Assembly (NCBI GenBank): GCA_011911785.1
Contig: GCA_011911785.1_4084.1
Reading direction: 5' to 3' (one strand)
Source of the DNA: a phage
DNA length: 64,000 nt
Made by a program: the position numbers and the translations under genes. Positions 37,582-46,208 of this stretch are shown here, in pieces (position 1 is the first letter of the stretch; each line of letters starts with the position of its first letter). The notes under the pieces are model-generated. The model saw only the letters and a program-made list of their open reading frames with translations, was not told the origin of the DNA and did not search any database.

Positions 37582-37669
37582 GTATTGACAAAGTATCTTA
37601 GTACTGTATAATAGTTTACATCGAGTGAGGGGAAACGGTTCCCCTCCTAACAAAGAGAGAGAAATAAAA

Positions 37670-37993
37670 ATGGCTATGATCCTCACCCAGAAAGTAGAAC
37701 TGAAAATTGTAACCTCCTTTGACATTAAAGTTAATCGGTGGACTGATTCACACGGCAATACTTACCACTCTTGCTACGTGTCTGCTTTGATTGGTGATCG
37801 CTGGGAGGATTTAGGACATGAAACCTTTACTTACGGTTACGGCACACAAGGCGAATACACAGGCTTGGAGATCATTAAAGAAACCGTTATAGGTTTCAAC
37901 CCGAAAGAAAAAGTTATTCATCAAATAGAAAAAGAGATCAACAAAGAAATAACAGTTCGATACTACGATGTAAAACGTAAGAAAGACATGTAA
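37670..37993 (+). CDS. Hypothetical small early protein (107 aa); paralog of 31738-32061
   Basis: Track start 37625 rejected. Confidence 0.55.
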   Translation: MAMILTQKVELKIVTSFDIKVNRWTDSHGNTYHSCYVSALIGDRWEDLGHETFTYGYGTQGEYTGLEIIKETVIGFNPKEKVIHQIEKEINKEITVRYYDVKRKKDM

Positions 37994-38015
37994 TAGAATC
38001 CATTTAAAGTACTAT

Positions 38016-38044
38016 TTGACATTGCCCAGATAGTACTTTATAAT
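38016..38044 (+). promoter_or_regulatory. Early promoter TTGACA-17-TATAAT
   Basis: Degenerate copy precedes paralog gene at 26940. Confidence 0.55.
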
Positions 38045-38092
38045 AGACTCTAGCTTGTAGTACTAATTAACTTAACTAATAGGATGTATACC

Positions 38093-38488
38093 ATGATTAC
38101 TAAATTCTACGCTACCCGTGAAGCTGCCCGTATTGTTGCACGCGAGGAAGGAGCAGCATTTAAAGACATGGGCACGACCGCACCGAAAGGCCAACGCTGG
38201 GCCGTACAGTTCAAAGAAATCTCTGATATTGTGCATTCACCTGAGCCAGTACTAACAGCAGCAGAACTAAAACGAGCGGATATGCTGGCGGCAGTACTTA
38301 ACGCACAAGATGAGTTTATCGCTGGTTCTGATATCAAAGTACAGGTAAATGCTAATGCATGGACTCACGCGGATCACCTGGCTAACCTGAAGCGTCCAAG
38401 TGAACTGGTTCGCAACCAAAAAGAGATCCGTCATGATCGTAAGGGTAATCGTGTAACAGTATACAGTAAACGCCGCCAGGTTATCTAA
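38093..38488 (+). CDS. Hypothetical early protein (131 aa); paralog of 26940-27206
   Basis: RBS AGGA 8 nt upstream. Confidence 0.55.
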   Translation: MITKFYATREAARIVAREEGAAFKDMGTTAPKGQRWAVQFKEISDIVHSPEPVLTAAELKRADMLAAVLNAQDEFIAGSDIKVQVNANAWTHADHLANLKRPSELVRNQKEIRHDRKGNRVTVYSKRRQVI

Positions 38489-38510
38489 TAACTTGCAGTA
38501 CTAACAACAC

Positions 38511-38535
38511 GGCGGGATCAGTTCCCGCCTTTTTT
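38511..38535 (+). terminator. Intrinsic terminator GGCGGGA-tcagt-TCCCGCC + TTTTTT
   Basis: Read directly. Confidence 0.8.
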
Positions 38536-38550
38536 ATAGGATAAACTAAA

Positions 38551-38805
38551 ATGATTAAGGTTCAACTATCAAAAGATAATATCTTGCGGGTACACTATAA
38601 AGCACCACAGAGAATCATCACAAAGGCCGTACAGCTTGCTAATGAGTTTATTAATGGTAATCTATTGCCCAGGAAGTTAAGCAACGGCAAACTGCGTGTA
38701 ATCGATGTAGACACTAACAACAGAATAGTAATCGAGAATACAGGAAAGATAAACCTATATGAACACCAACAATATAATAAGAAAATAAAACTAATATCAC
38801 GTTGA
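38551..38805 (+). CDS. Hypothetical small early protein (84 aa)
   Basis: RBS AGGA. Confidence 0.5.
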   Translation: MIKVQLSKDNILRVHYKAPQRIITKAVQLANEFINGNLLPRKLSNGKLRVIDVDTNNRIVIENTGKINLYEHQQYNKKIKLISR

Positions 38806-38858
38806 CAGTACTCAATTGTTTTAGTACTATGTATCTATACCAACACGGGAGAAACAAA

Positions 38859-39077
38859 ATGAAATTATCTAAAATCGAAAAGAAAACTATTGATGAAGCA
38901 GTTAAGCACGGTTATACCTTTCGTAATGATTCACATTTTACCAATTTTCAACAAGGGTATCGTACTATTAAAAAACTTATTGACAAAGGTTTATTAGTTG
39001 AAGTCAATAACGGTAACGGTATCGAGTATCAACCAACACAAGACGCATTATCTTTAAAGAAATATGCAATTATCTAA
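38859..39077 (+). CDS. Hypothetical small early protein (72 aa)
   Basis: Promoter TTGACA-17-TACTAT duplicated at 39080; track start 38802 rejected. Confidence 0.5.
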   Translation: MKLSKIEKKTIDEAVKHGYTFRNDSHFTNFQQGYRTIKKLIDKGLLVEVNNGNGIEYQPTQDALSLKKYAII

Positions 39078-39142
39078 TTGACAGTACTCAATTGTTTTAG
39101 TACTATATGTACATACCAACACGGAATAACTGGAGAAACAAA

Positions 39143-39370
39143 ATGATTAATATCTTAGAACGCATCAAAGAAACTACTACGCTGGTGGATCTACTCAATG
39201 TACTGACTTTTAAAGTAACTCGGTTTAGTACTCCTGAATTTATCAACCTCATTGATAGTAAAGGTGAATACCGCATCACTATTGAAAATGGTCGTGCTAA
39301 TGTATTCAGTACTAAATCAGGTAAAACCGCAATTCATTCAGTAATTGCAAATAAAACTGTTGCAATCTAA
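39143..39370 (+). CDS. Hypothetical small early protein (75 aa)
   Basis: RBS GGAG; track start 39107 rejected. Confidence 0.5.
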   Translation: MINILERIKETTTLVDLLNVLTFKVTRFSTPEFINLIDSKGEYRITIENGRANVFSTKSGKTAIHSVIANKTVAI

Positions 39371-39439
39371 TTAGTACTAACATATAATAGTCACATCAAG
39401 GCAGGGAATACCTCCCTGCTATCTTAAAGAGTAAATGCA

Positions 39440-40024
39440 ATGCGTAATTATACTAAATTCATCCGTACACTGGCAGAAATGGAAACTAATAAAGAGATCC
39501 TTACAGCTTGTCGGTTGGCTGGTCTGGAGATCATCGGGGCCGGATCATCCCGTATCGTATTCGCTTTAAATGATCGGTTAGTGATTAAGGTCGCTAATTG
39601 TGACGCTGGCGTAGAACAAAATGAAACAGAATGTAAGGTATGGAATTTTTTAGATTATGACCGCCCTCACCTTAAACAGTACTTTGCTAAGGTGCATATG
39701 CATTTAAGCGATCCTGATAATATGTTTATTGTTATGGATCGTTTGAGTACTGCAAGCAAAGGCAGTGTAAAGCACGTTAACGCTTGCAATGAATTAAAGT
39801 ACAATGTCAAACGTAACACTATTGAACGCCAACACCATTTCGCTGATGCACTACAACACGTTGATGATACCTTATCAACACTAACGATAAGAGATATCAG
39901 AAAGCAGAACATAGGCCAAGATCGCAATGGCCTGATTAAAGTACTTGATTACGGTTTAACCCGCAATATCTGGAATCAGTACTATAAACAACGCGACGTA
40001 AAAGCCGTAACTATAACACGATAA
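39440..40024 (+). CDS. Putative protein kinase-like protein (194 aa)
   Basis: Gly-loop IGAGSSRIV, Lys in VIKV, catalytic-loop-like RDIRKQN, DYG in place of DFG. Confidence 0.5.
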   Translation: MRNYTKFIRTLAEMETNKEILTACRLAGLEIIGAGSSRIVFALNDRLVIKVANCDAGVEQNETECKVWNFLDYDRPHLKQYFAKVHMHLSDPDNMFIVMDRLSTASKGSVKHVNACNELKYNVKRNTIERQHHFADALQHVDDTLSTLTIRDIRKQNIGQDRNGLIKVLDYGLTRNIWNQYYKQRDVKAVTITR

Positions 40025-40038
40025 AAAAGATTAAAAAA

Positions 40039-40071
40039 GGGATTGACTCCAGTCAGTCCCTTTGCTATTAT
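40039..40071 (+). promoter_or_regulatory. Type-A terminator/promoter cassette
   Basis: GGGATTGACTCCAGTCAGTCCC hairpin; -10 TATTAT; motif variant at 40097. Confidence 0.6.
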
Positions 40072-40248
40072 ATAGTCATTGAGAGATAACTCACTGACCC
40101 ATAGGGTGCATAAGTGTATCTATAATATAAGTATTGTCAGTACTGAAAACTATTTTTAAAAAGTACTTGCATTGTACTTAGATTCAAGTATAATGTTTTA
40201 CATAGAGAGGGGGAAATAGTTCTCCCTCAAAGAATAAGGAATAAAATC

Positions 40249-40470
40249 ATGACTACAATGACTTGCATTTACGCTTCCAATCTTCTGAATGATGCGGCCT
40301 TTAATGTTGATTCAGAATATCAATGTTATCGGGATGAAAATAAAAAAGTTTTTGTAGTTGATAATAATGGTTTCCATATTGAATTACAATCCGGCTTCAC
40401 TGGTGTTGATGGTAAATCAGTATGGGGCGTTCAGGATGATAAAGGCACATATCATTTTAAACGTAATTAA
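40249..40470 (+). CDS. Hypothetical small early protein (73 aa)
   Basis: Promoter + hairpin + RBS AAGGAAT. Confidence 0.55.
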   Translation: MTTMTCIYASNLLNDAAFNVDSEYQCYRDENKKVFVVDNNGFHIELQSGFTGVDGKSVWGVQDDKGTYHFKRN

Positions 40471-40553
40471 GTATTGACAAAGTATATCAGTACTGTATAA
40501 TAGTTTACATCAAGGGGAGAATAGTTCTCCCCGATACTAAAAGGAATAAAATC

Positions 40554-40961
40554 ATGACTACTACTAATCAAGCTCGGTCCATCACCAACGATAAAAATCA
40601 TGCTGCAATGGTCGCTGGTTACATTGAAGCTATGCAATTCAGTACTGTACACAATGAGAACGGCGACTACCTGGAAGATTATGAATTATCAGAGCAAGCC
40701 CATCAAGCGGCAGTGATTGCATGTTCTCGTTTCCTTGAGAAGTTTAGTAATGAAATGGAAGCAGTACAAAAACACCATAATCCTGATTATACTTATAGTC
40801 ATGCAGGTCATGATCTCTTTCTTACCCGCGAAGGTCACGGTACTGGCTTTTGGGATCGTGATATCGGTCACTATGACGATGTATTCACTAAGTACTGCGA
40901 AGAAATCAACGTTTGCGATCCCTATGTAGGCGATGATAATCTAATCTATATGGGCGAATAA
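40554..40961 (+). CDS. Hypothetical His-rich early protein (135 aa)
   Basis: HAGHDLFLTREGHGTGFWDRDIGH; promoter cassette. Confidence 0.55.
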   Translation: MTTTNQARSITNDKNHAAMVAGYIEAMQFSTVHNENGDYLEDYELSEQAHQAAVIACSRFLEKFSNEMEAVQKHHNPDYTYSHAGHDLFLTREGHGTGFWDRDIGHYDDVFTKYCEEINVCDPYVGDDNLIYMGE

Positions 40962-41048
40962 AAGTATTTGACAAAGCATATCAGTACTGTATAATAGTTT
41001 ACATCAAGGGGAGAATAGTTCTCCCCACTACTAAAAGGAAACAAAATT

Positions 41049-41321
41049 ATGTCTAGCTACTCCGCTACTATGATCATCAAAGATATGAACGGTAATCCTA
41101 CTTCCGCTGGTGGATCATTTGGAAACATTAACTTAGATGGTCGGTTATCAATGGAATCAGCCATCAATGCAGCGAAAGAAGTTTTTAAGAATGAATGTAC
41201 TGTAAGCAAGCTGGATTATATGGGCTTCGCTATCGAGAAAACTAAACGTTTTGTGGACTACAAAAATCCACTGATGATTGATACTAACCTGAAAGCTAAC
41301 GAAGTGGAATACTTATTATGA
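41049..41321 (+). CDS. Hypothetical small early protein (90 aa)
   Basis: Promoter cassette; RBS AAGGAAA. Confidence 0.55.
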   Translation: MSSYSATMIIKDMNGNPTSAGGSFGNINLDGRLSMESAINAAKEVFKNECTVSKLDYMGFAIEKTKRFVDYKNPLMIDTNLKANEVEYLL

Positions 41322-41509
41322 CAGTTGATGAAGTTAAAAAAGTACTGGCAGTACTACGCTATCATAATCATTGTAAGGTTAAGAATGATCCTGATTATGT
41401 TGATTCATCCCTGGAGGAAGACACCTTAAACGCGATAAGCCATATGCAAACATTAGCAAAGCGTATGACCGAAAAGAATAGGCCGGACTATATCGGAAAT
41501 AAAATTTAA
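41318..41509 (+). CDS. Hypothetical small early protein (63 aa)
   Basis: ATGA overlap. Confidence 0.5.
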   Translation: MTVDEVKKVLAVLRYHNHCKVKNDPDYVDSSLEEDTLNAISHMQTLAKRMTEKNRPDYIGNKI

Positions 41510-41596
41510 AAAGTACTTGCATTGTAGTTAGATTAACGTATAATGTTTTATATCGAGAGGGGGAAATGGTTTCCCCTCAAGTCCAGGAGATACACC

Positions 41597-41863
41597 ATGA
41601 ACACTATCGAAATCACTATCAATGCTCACGTATACGACAACGTAGTACTGCAAACTACTATGACCGCTAACGATACCAGTACTTTGCGGAATACTGTTAT
41701 AAGTGCTGTATGTGCCGCTATCGGTGATGTATCCCTGGAAAACGCAGAACACATCAATAACGGTTTCACTATGTGCAAACGTGATAACGCAAAACATATC
41801 ATCGTAGAAGGTTACGGCGGTGTAGAATATAATCTTTATATGAAAAAAGTACTTGCATCGTAA
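41597..41863 (+). CDS. Hypothetical small early protein (88 aa)
   Basis: Track start 41543 lies in promoter/leader; RBS AGGAG. Confidence 0.55.
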   Translation: MNTIEITINAHVYDNVVLQTTMTANDTSTLRNTVISAVCAAIGDVSLENAEHINNGFTMCKRDNAKHIIVEGYGGVEYNLYMKKVLAS

Positions 41864-41928
41864 GTAAAACAAAGTATAATGTTTTGCATAGGGGGAGATA
41901 TCCTCCCCCACTAATAAGGAGTACTACG

Positions 41929-42153
41929 ATGGCTAATCATGATGAACTGATTCGGGAAGTAGCTAACCTGGCGGCAGAAAAGAAATCATTTGATTCTATC
42001 TATAACACCGCTCACCGTGATTCAGTACTGGCATGTAATCAGGATCAAAAAGATGAACTGATCGCAACCTATCATGAAGCGTGGAAGTATTACCGTCAAT
42101 GGGAGAAAGAAGAAAAAGCATCAACCATAAGAGGATTAAATAATCTAGTATAA
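41929..42153 (+). CDS. Hypothetical small early protein (74 aa)
   Basis: Track start 41884 rejected; RBS AAGGAG. Confidence 0.55.
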   Translation: MANHDELIREVANLAAEKKSFDSIYNTAHRDSVLACNQDQKDELIATYHEAWKYYRQWEKEEKASTIRGLNNLV

Positions 42154-42205
42154 CAATAAAAGGGGATGATAATATCCCCTTAATAATTTCTATAATAGGT
42201 TAACA

Positions 42206-42472
42206 ATGAAAAAGAAAACAACATATCGCTATAATAAAAATTATCAATCCGTTGTATTAGATCACTCTATGCTCCCGCTCGTTGTCCCTGCCGTTGGTGT
42301 AGTCTATCAATCCATATACTGGTCAAGGAAACAACAAAAGTACTTAAAAGGCCCAATAGCACGCTATGAGGGTAATGGTGTATGGTCCGATCCGTTACAT
42401 CCAATCACTACGCGTTATATTGAATATTTTCCTTATTGTGACTACATTGAAATACATCCTAAATTTAATTGA
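42206..42472 (+). CDS. Hypothetical small protein (88 aa); paralog of 42553-42810
   Basis: Shared ..GNG(V/E)W(S/F)DP.. Confidence 0.5.
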   Translation: MKKKTTYRYNKNYQSVVLDHSMLPLVVPAVGVVYQSIYWSRKQQKYLKGPIARYEGNGVWSDPLHPITTRYIEYFPYCDYIEIHPKFN

Positions 42473-42552
42473 TAGTATTGACAGTACTAACTGATAGTGT
42501 ATAATGTTTTGCATAGGGGGAATACTCCCCCAATATTAAAAGGGGAAACATC

Positions 42553-42810
42553 ATGGAACAATTCACACAATATCGGGTAAATCCTCAAGCTATGGCCTAC
42601 GTAGAAGACCATAAAACGTTACCAGTACTGCAACCAGTTAAAGGCCGTATCTATCGTGGCCTTGCATGGAATACGGCCCAGGATGGATATAAAACCGTTG
42701 CCGTGGGGATGTATTGCGGTAATGGTGAATGGTTTGATCCAAATAATCCGGTAGCTATTGACAGTACTGAAAAAATGAAATGGGCCGACTATATCGAGGA
42801 TATCTCATAA
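42553..42810 (+). CDS. Hypothetical small protein (85 aa); paralog of 42206-42472
   Basis: Promoter + hairpin; RBS AAGGGGAAA. Confidence 0.55.
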   Translation: MEQFTQYRVNPQAMAYVEDHKTLPVLQPVKGRIYRGLAWNTAQDGYKTVAVGMYCGNGEWFDPNNPVAIDSTEKMKWADYIEDIS

Positions 42811-42899
42811 AACTATTTGACAGTACTATCATATAGTGTATAATGTTTTACATAGAGCGGGGGAATAGTTCTCCCGCCAATAGTTTGGAGTAAAACATT

Positions 42900-43100
42900 A
42901 TGTCAATCGCTAACGAAATGATCGCAGTACTGAAAGAAGCTAAAGCCAACCTGATCGACGTAAAGATCCAGGAACTACAATCCGGCTTAATCGGCTGTAC
43001 TTGTACCGCTGGTGGGGCGACAGATTATCGTGAATTCGAATCACTCGAATCGATGGTTCGGTATCTTACAATGATCGTGGAAGATTGGAAGATCATCTAA
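42900..43100 (+). CDS. Hypothetical small early protein (66 aa)
   Basis: Promoter + hairpin. Confidence 0.5.
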   Translation: MSIANEMIAVLKEAKANLIDVKIQELQSGLIGCTCTAGGATDYREFESLESMVRYLTMIVEDWKII

Positions 43101-43118
43101 CAAAAAAGAATAAAAAAA

Positions 43119-43151
43119 GGGATTGACTCCGGTCAGTCCCTTTGCTATTAT
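43119..43151 (+). promoter_or_regulatory. Type-A terminator/promoter cassette
   Basis: GGGATTGACTCCGGTCAGTCCC; -10 TATTAT; motif GCCCACAGGGTGC at 43172. Confidence 0.6.
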
Positions 43152-43347
43152 ATACGCATAGACAAAAACTAGCCCACAGGGTGCATAAGTGTATCCAAAA
43201 TATATAGTTAATAACGGTGAGTAACTATCTGCTGGTGGAGTGAAAACTATTAATAAAAAAAGTATTGACAAAGTATATCAGTACTGCAATAATGTATCTC
43301 GTAGGGCGGCAATGGTGCGACGGCCCACAAAGTTAGGAGATTCACAA

Positions 43348-43680
43348 ATGAGTACTTCAATCGCCATCGTTAATGCTTTCATCCGTACCAATGTTTCTTC
43401 TGTATTCATCGACGGACTGGATCGGGAAGTAGAATACTCAATCATTATCGCACAGACTGCAAACGGTGCTCGGTATATCCTCAATGATAGCGAAGCAAAT
43501 CACTACTACTACACTAAAGCTACTGGCTTTAAACGCATCGATGCGGACGTAGTATACGCTAAGATGAATAAGCTGGTAGACAAGATTAACGCTAAAGGTA
43601 CTATCGATTTACAGTACTGGACCGAAACCGATCCAGAATATGGATCTCACCGCTACCTGAATCCAGGTATTAAAATGTAA
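43348..43680 (+). CDS. Hypothetical early protein (110 aa)
   Basis: RBS AGGAGA; track start 43240 rejected. Confidence 0.55.
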   Translation: MSTSIAIVNAFIRTNVSSVFIDGLDREVEYSIIIAQTANGARYILNDSEANHYYYTKATGFKRIDADVVYAKMNKLVDKINAKGTIDLQYWTETDPEYGSHRYLNPGIKM

Positions 43681-43769
43681 AAAGTACTTGCATAGTACTT
43701 AGTAAAGTGTATAATGTTTTACATAGAGAGGGGGAAATGGTTCTCCCTCCTAAATTAAGGAGTACTACC

Positions 43770-44171
43770 ATGACTTTCTCAATCACTTCCTACGCTGACG
43801 TTTTAGTACTGGCTCGGACTTTTGGTAAAGCTGGCATGGAGTATGCTGTAAACAATGGTCACATGCACCCTGAATATTGCCGCATCATTGGAAGCTGTAA
43901 ACGTTGGGCAACTAACAATACGATTGAACTGGAAAACTTCAATGATGGTAACAATGAATATACTGTTGATGCAGTATTTGAAGCCGTTGATCTCGGCGGT
44001 ATCTATAACACTAACCTGAATGATGTGCGTATCGTTCGCACGGGGTTCGGTGCTTATGATGTATCCATCCGTGAAGCTATGGACACGGGATACATTAGTA
44101 AGGACTTGCTCGCTTACATCATGCAGCAGACTAAGGAGCGTAACGAAGCACGCACTATCTTAGGACTGTAA
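43770..44171 (+). CDS. Hypothetical early protein (133 aa)
   Basis: Track start 43707 rejected; RBS AAGGAG. Confidence 0.55.
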   Translation: MTFSITSYADVLVLARTFGKAGMEYAVNNGHMHPEYCRIIGSCKRWATNNTIELENFNDGNNEYTVDAVFEAVDLGGIYNTNLNDVRIVRTGFGAYDVSIREAMDTGYISKDLLAYIMQQTKERNEARTILGL

Positions 44172-44239
44172 GCATTACACATCACCAAACATCATAGGCC
44201 GCTCTCTAGCGGCCTTAACTATATCAGGAGTACACACAC

Positions 44240-44449
44240 ATGATCTATACAGTATACAGCGTTCTAGGTACTATTGCAGGCGTACATGATAACGTCGATG
44301 ATGCTATGCGTACAGTACTGCAACAGGTTCCACTAAAGCCTAAGACTATTAAGCAGATGACAGCACGACTAACCAGGGCAAAGGCTGGCGGTGAAGTCTG
44401 GCAGGACTACGCGGATACGCAGATTATCATTGCAGTAAGTAATGATTAA
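44240..44449 (+). CDS. Hypothetical small protein (69 aa)
   Basis: RBS CAGGAG. Confidence 0.5.
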   Translation: MIYTVYSVLGTIAGVHDNVDDAMRTVLQQVPLKPKTIKQMTARLTRAKAGGEVWQDYADTQIIIAVSND

Positions 44450-44493
44450 TGAATTAAATGATTCAGTACTAAAACTATTAGTCAGAAAATAAT

Positions 44494-44527
44494 CGGTGCA
44501 TTTTAAAAATGCATCGTTTTTTATTTT
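44494..44527 (+). terminator. Intrinsic terminator TGCATTTT-a-AAAATGCA + T-run
   Basis: Read directly; closes the early small-gene region. Confidence 0.65.
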
Positions 44528-44684
44528 AACCAGTACACTATAACGTATGAAATAGTTTCGACCTGTGATTATATTCTTAGGCAACTAGGGGCAGGTAATG
44601 CTTAGCTGCGTGTATAGGGGTTCATAGGTGGGACAAAATTGTTTCGTATGCTACAATCATAACAAATAACATAAGGAGAAACCA

Positions 44685-45107
44685 ATGATTAAATTTAAAG
44701 TTGATTATAATTCTAATATACAAATGGATGCAAATGTTCAATTTCCAAAAAACTTACTAAAAATGTCATTCAGTTATCATATACCATCGAATTCTATGTT
44801 GATTGATTGTGTTAATAAGAATGAAGATGTTATGCGTTCAAGTGTTTATTTCATAAGTGATGATTCTGAAATATTTAACATTGAATATTCAGATTATAAA
44901 GGTCAATTTGTTTTAGATACACCCAGTAACCAATATAAATTCAACATTCTTGATGTATCAAATACAGTAATTAGTTCGTTTGATGTGGGTAATTTATCTG
45001 TTCCACATGACAACGGTGTATCTGGGGATTTATATGAAAACACCATGCCATATACTAAACAAGAAAATATGAGTATTAACGATATATGTAATTATTTGAA
45101 AAAATAA
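44685..45107 (+). CDS. Hypothetical protein (140 aa)
   Basis: RBS AAGGAGA. Confidence 0.55.
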   Translation: MIKFKVDYNSNIQMDANVQFPKNLLKMSFSYHIPSNSMLIDCVNKNEDVMRSSVYFISDDSEIFNIEYSDYKGQFVLDTPSNQYKFNILDVSNTVISSFDVGNLSVPHDNGVSGDLYENTMPYTKQENMSINDICNYLKK

Positions 45108-45114
45108 GTTCTAC

Positions 45115-45143
45115 TTGACATCATGCCTCGTATGGGGTATGAT
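45115..45143 (+). promoter_or_regulatory. Sigma70-type promoter TTGACA-17-TATGAT at head of F1 array
   Basis: Read directly. Confidence 0.55.
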
Positions 45144-45177
45144 GTTTTTTCATATATGAACCTATGGAATTTGCCCT

Positions 45178-45375
45178 ATGCGTATTTTAACCCAAGAAGA
45201 GCATCACGAAAGACTTATCAATAACATGGCTATGATAATGTATAAGTCACATAAACGTGGTAATGCCTATAAACGTGAATTAGTTATGGAACTATTCTTA
45301 GGAACTAACTTACAAAATGAATATGTTAAACTATATGTAAAAGAGTTATGTTTAGAGATAAATGGTAAACTATGA
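45178..45375 (+). CDS. F1 family small protein (65 aa)
   Basis: Motif FLGTNLQNEY. Confidence 0.5.
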   Translation: MRILTQEEHHERLINNMAMIMYKSHKRGNAYKRELVMELFLGTNLQNEYVKLYVKELCLEINGKL

Positions 45376-45572
45376 AAATGCGTACATTAACTCAAGATGA
45401 ATATCATCATATACTACGTAAAAACACGGCAAGGATTTACCAAAGCAATGTGCACTTAGAAAGAGTTGAGTTGTACCTTTTGATTACGATGGGAACAAAC
45501 TATCAGGAAGTGTGGATAACTCACTATTTGGAATCTTTGAAAGCTGACATACGAGCGAGGTGCAAACATTGA
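45372..45572 (+). CDS. F1 family small protein (66 aa)
   Basis: Motif MGTNYQEVW; ATGA overlap. Confidence 0.5.
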   Translation: MKMRTLTQDEYHHILRKNTARIYQSNVHLERVELYLLITMGTNYQEVWITHYLESLKADIRARCKH

Positions 45573-45778
45573 AAATCATAACACAGACACAAGCATTTGG
45601 TCGTATATTGAAATACCTTGATGACATGATAGATATACATAGTGACCTCCCTAAAACTGTAATCGACGCCAAAAGAGCAGAATATCGCATGATGGCTGTA
45701 CTGGACACAAACTTTCAGGAAGAGTATGTCAATGATTGGATTGGATTTTTAATTGAAGATATAAAGAGTAAACTATGA
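45560..45778 (+). CDS. F1 family small protein (72 aa; non-ATG start, alternative TTG at 45569)
   Basis: Motif LDTNFQEEY. Confidence 0.45.
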   Translation: MQTLKIITQTQAFGRILKYLDDMIDIHSDLPKTVIDAKRAEYRMMAVLDTNFQEEYVNDWIGFLIEDIKSKL

Positions 45779-45987
45779 TTATATTAACACCAGAGCAATA
45801 TAGGAAACGTTACAATTCTAAGCAGATTGAAATCTTGCTGATATATGCAGACAGGGATGATGTATACTTATCAAAAGTTATGGAAAAAGAATTACTTATG
45901 GGTGTCTTCTTAGGAACTGACCACCAGAAATCTTATGTCCAAGAGTATCTAATAGCTCTTGAGAAATACATCAGGAGTAAACTATGA
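45775..45987 (+). CDS. F1 family small protein (70 aa)
   Basis: Motif FLGTDHQKSY; ATGA overlap. Confidence 0.5.
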   Translation: MIILTPEQYRKRYNSKQIEILLIYADRDDVYLSKVMEKELLMGVFLGTDHQKSYVQEYLIALEKYIRSKL

Positions 45988-46208
45988 ACTGCATTAATAA
46001 CTTTGAATACGAGGCTCGCTCAAGGTGTGCATCTCAAAAAGAGAACCACATTTACTTCACTATGATGTACTTATCTTGGAATGAAATTGAAGAAATGGTT
46101 GCTGAAGTATGGCTGTTTGAATTCATGGGGACGCAGTATCAGAATAGGTTTGTGGGTGAGTATCTTAATGTTCTTATGAAACATATAGAAAGAAAGGGAA
46201 TGAACTAA
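45984..46208 (+). CDS. F1 family small protein (74 aa)
   Basis: Motif FMGTQYQNRF. Confidence 0.5.
   Translation: MNCINNFEYEARSRCASQKENHIYFTMMYLSWNEIEEMVAEVWLFEFMGTQYQNRFVGEYLNVLMKHIERKGMN

Noticed and set aside
2316-44584. Minus-strand ORFs in the plus-strand early region (2316-2591, 2775-2960, 4616-4831, 5841-6062, 5977-6195, 26310-26597, 27080-27271, 28755-28958, 29897-30208, 29919-30389, 31238-31465, 31419-31826, 32866-33117, 34470-34670, 35180-35368, 35694-35996, 37555-37758, 38107-38337, 39667-39927, 40467-40652, 40689-40871, 41528-41911, 43041-43271, 43278-43484, 44369-44584)
   Set aside because: Overlap better-supported plus-strand genes and promoter cassettes; no RBS; several span promoters and terminators
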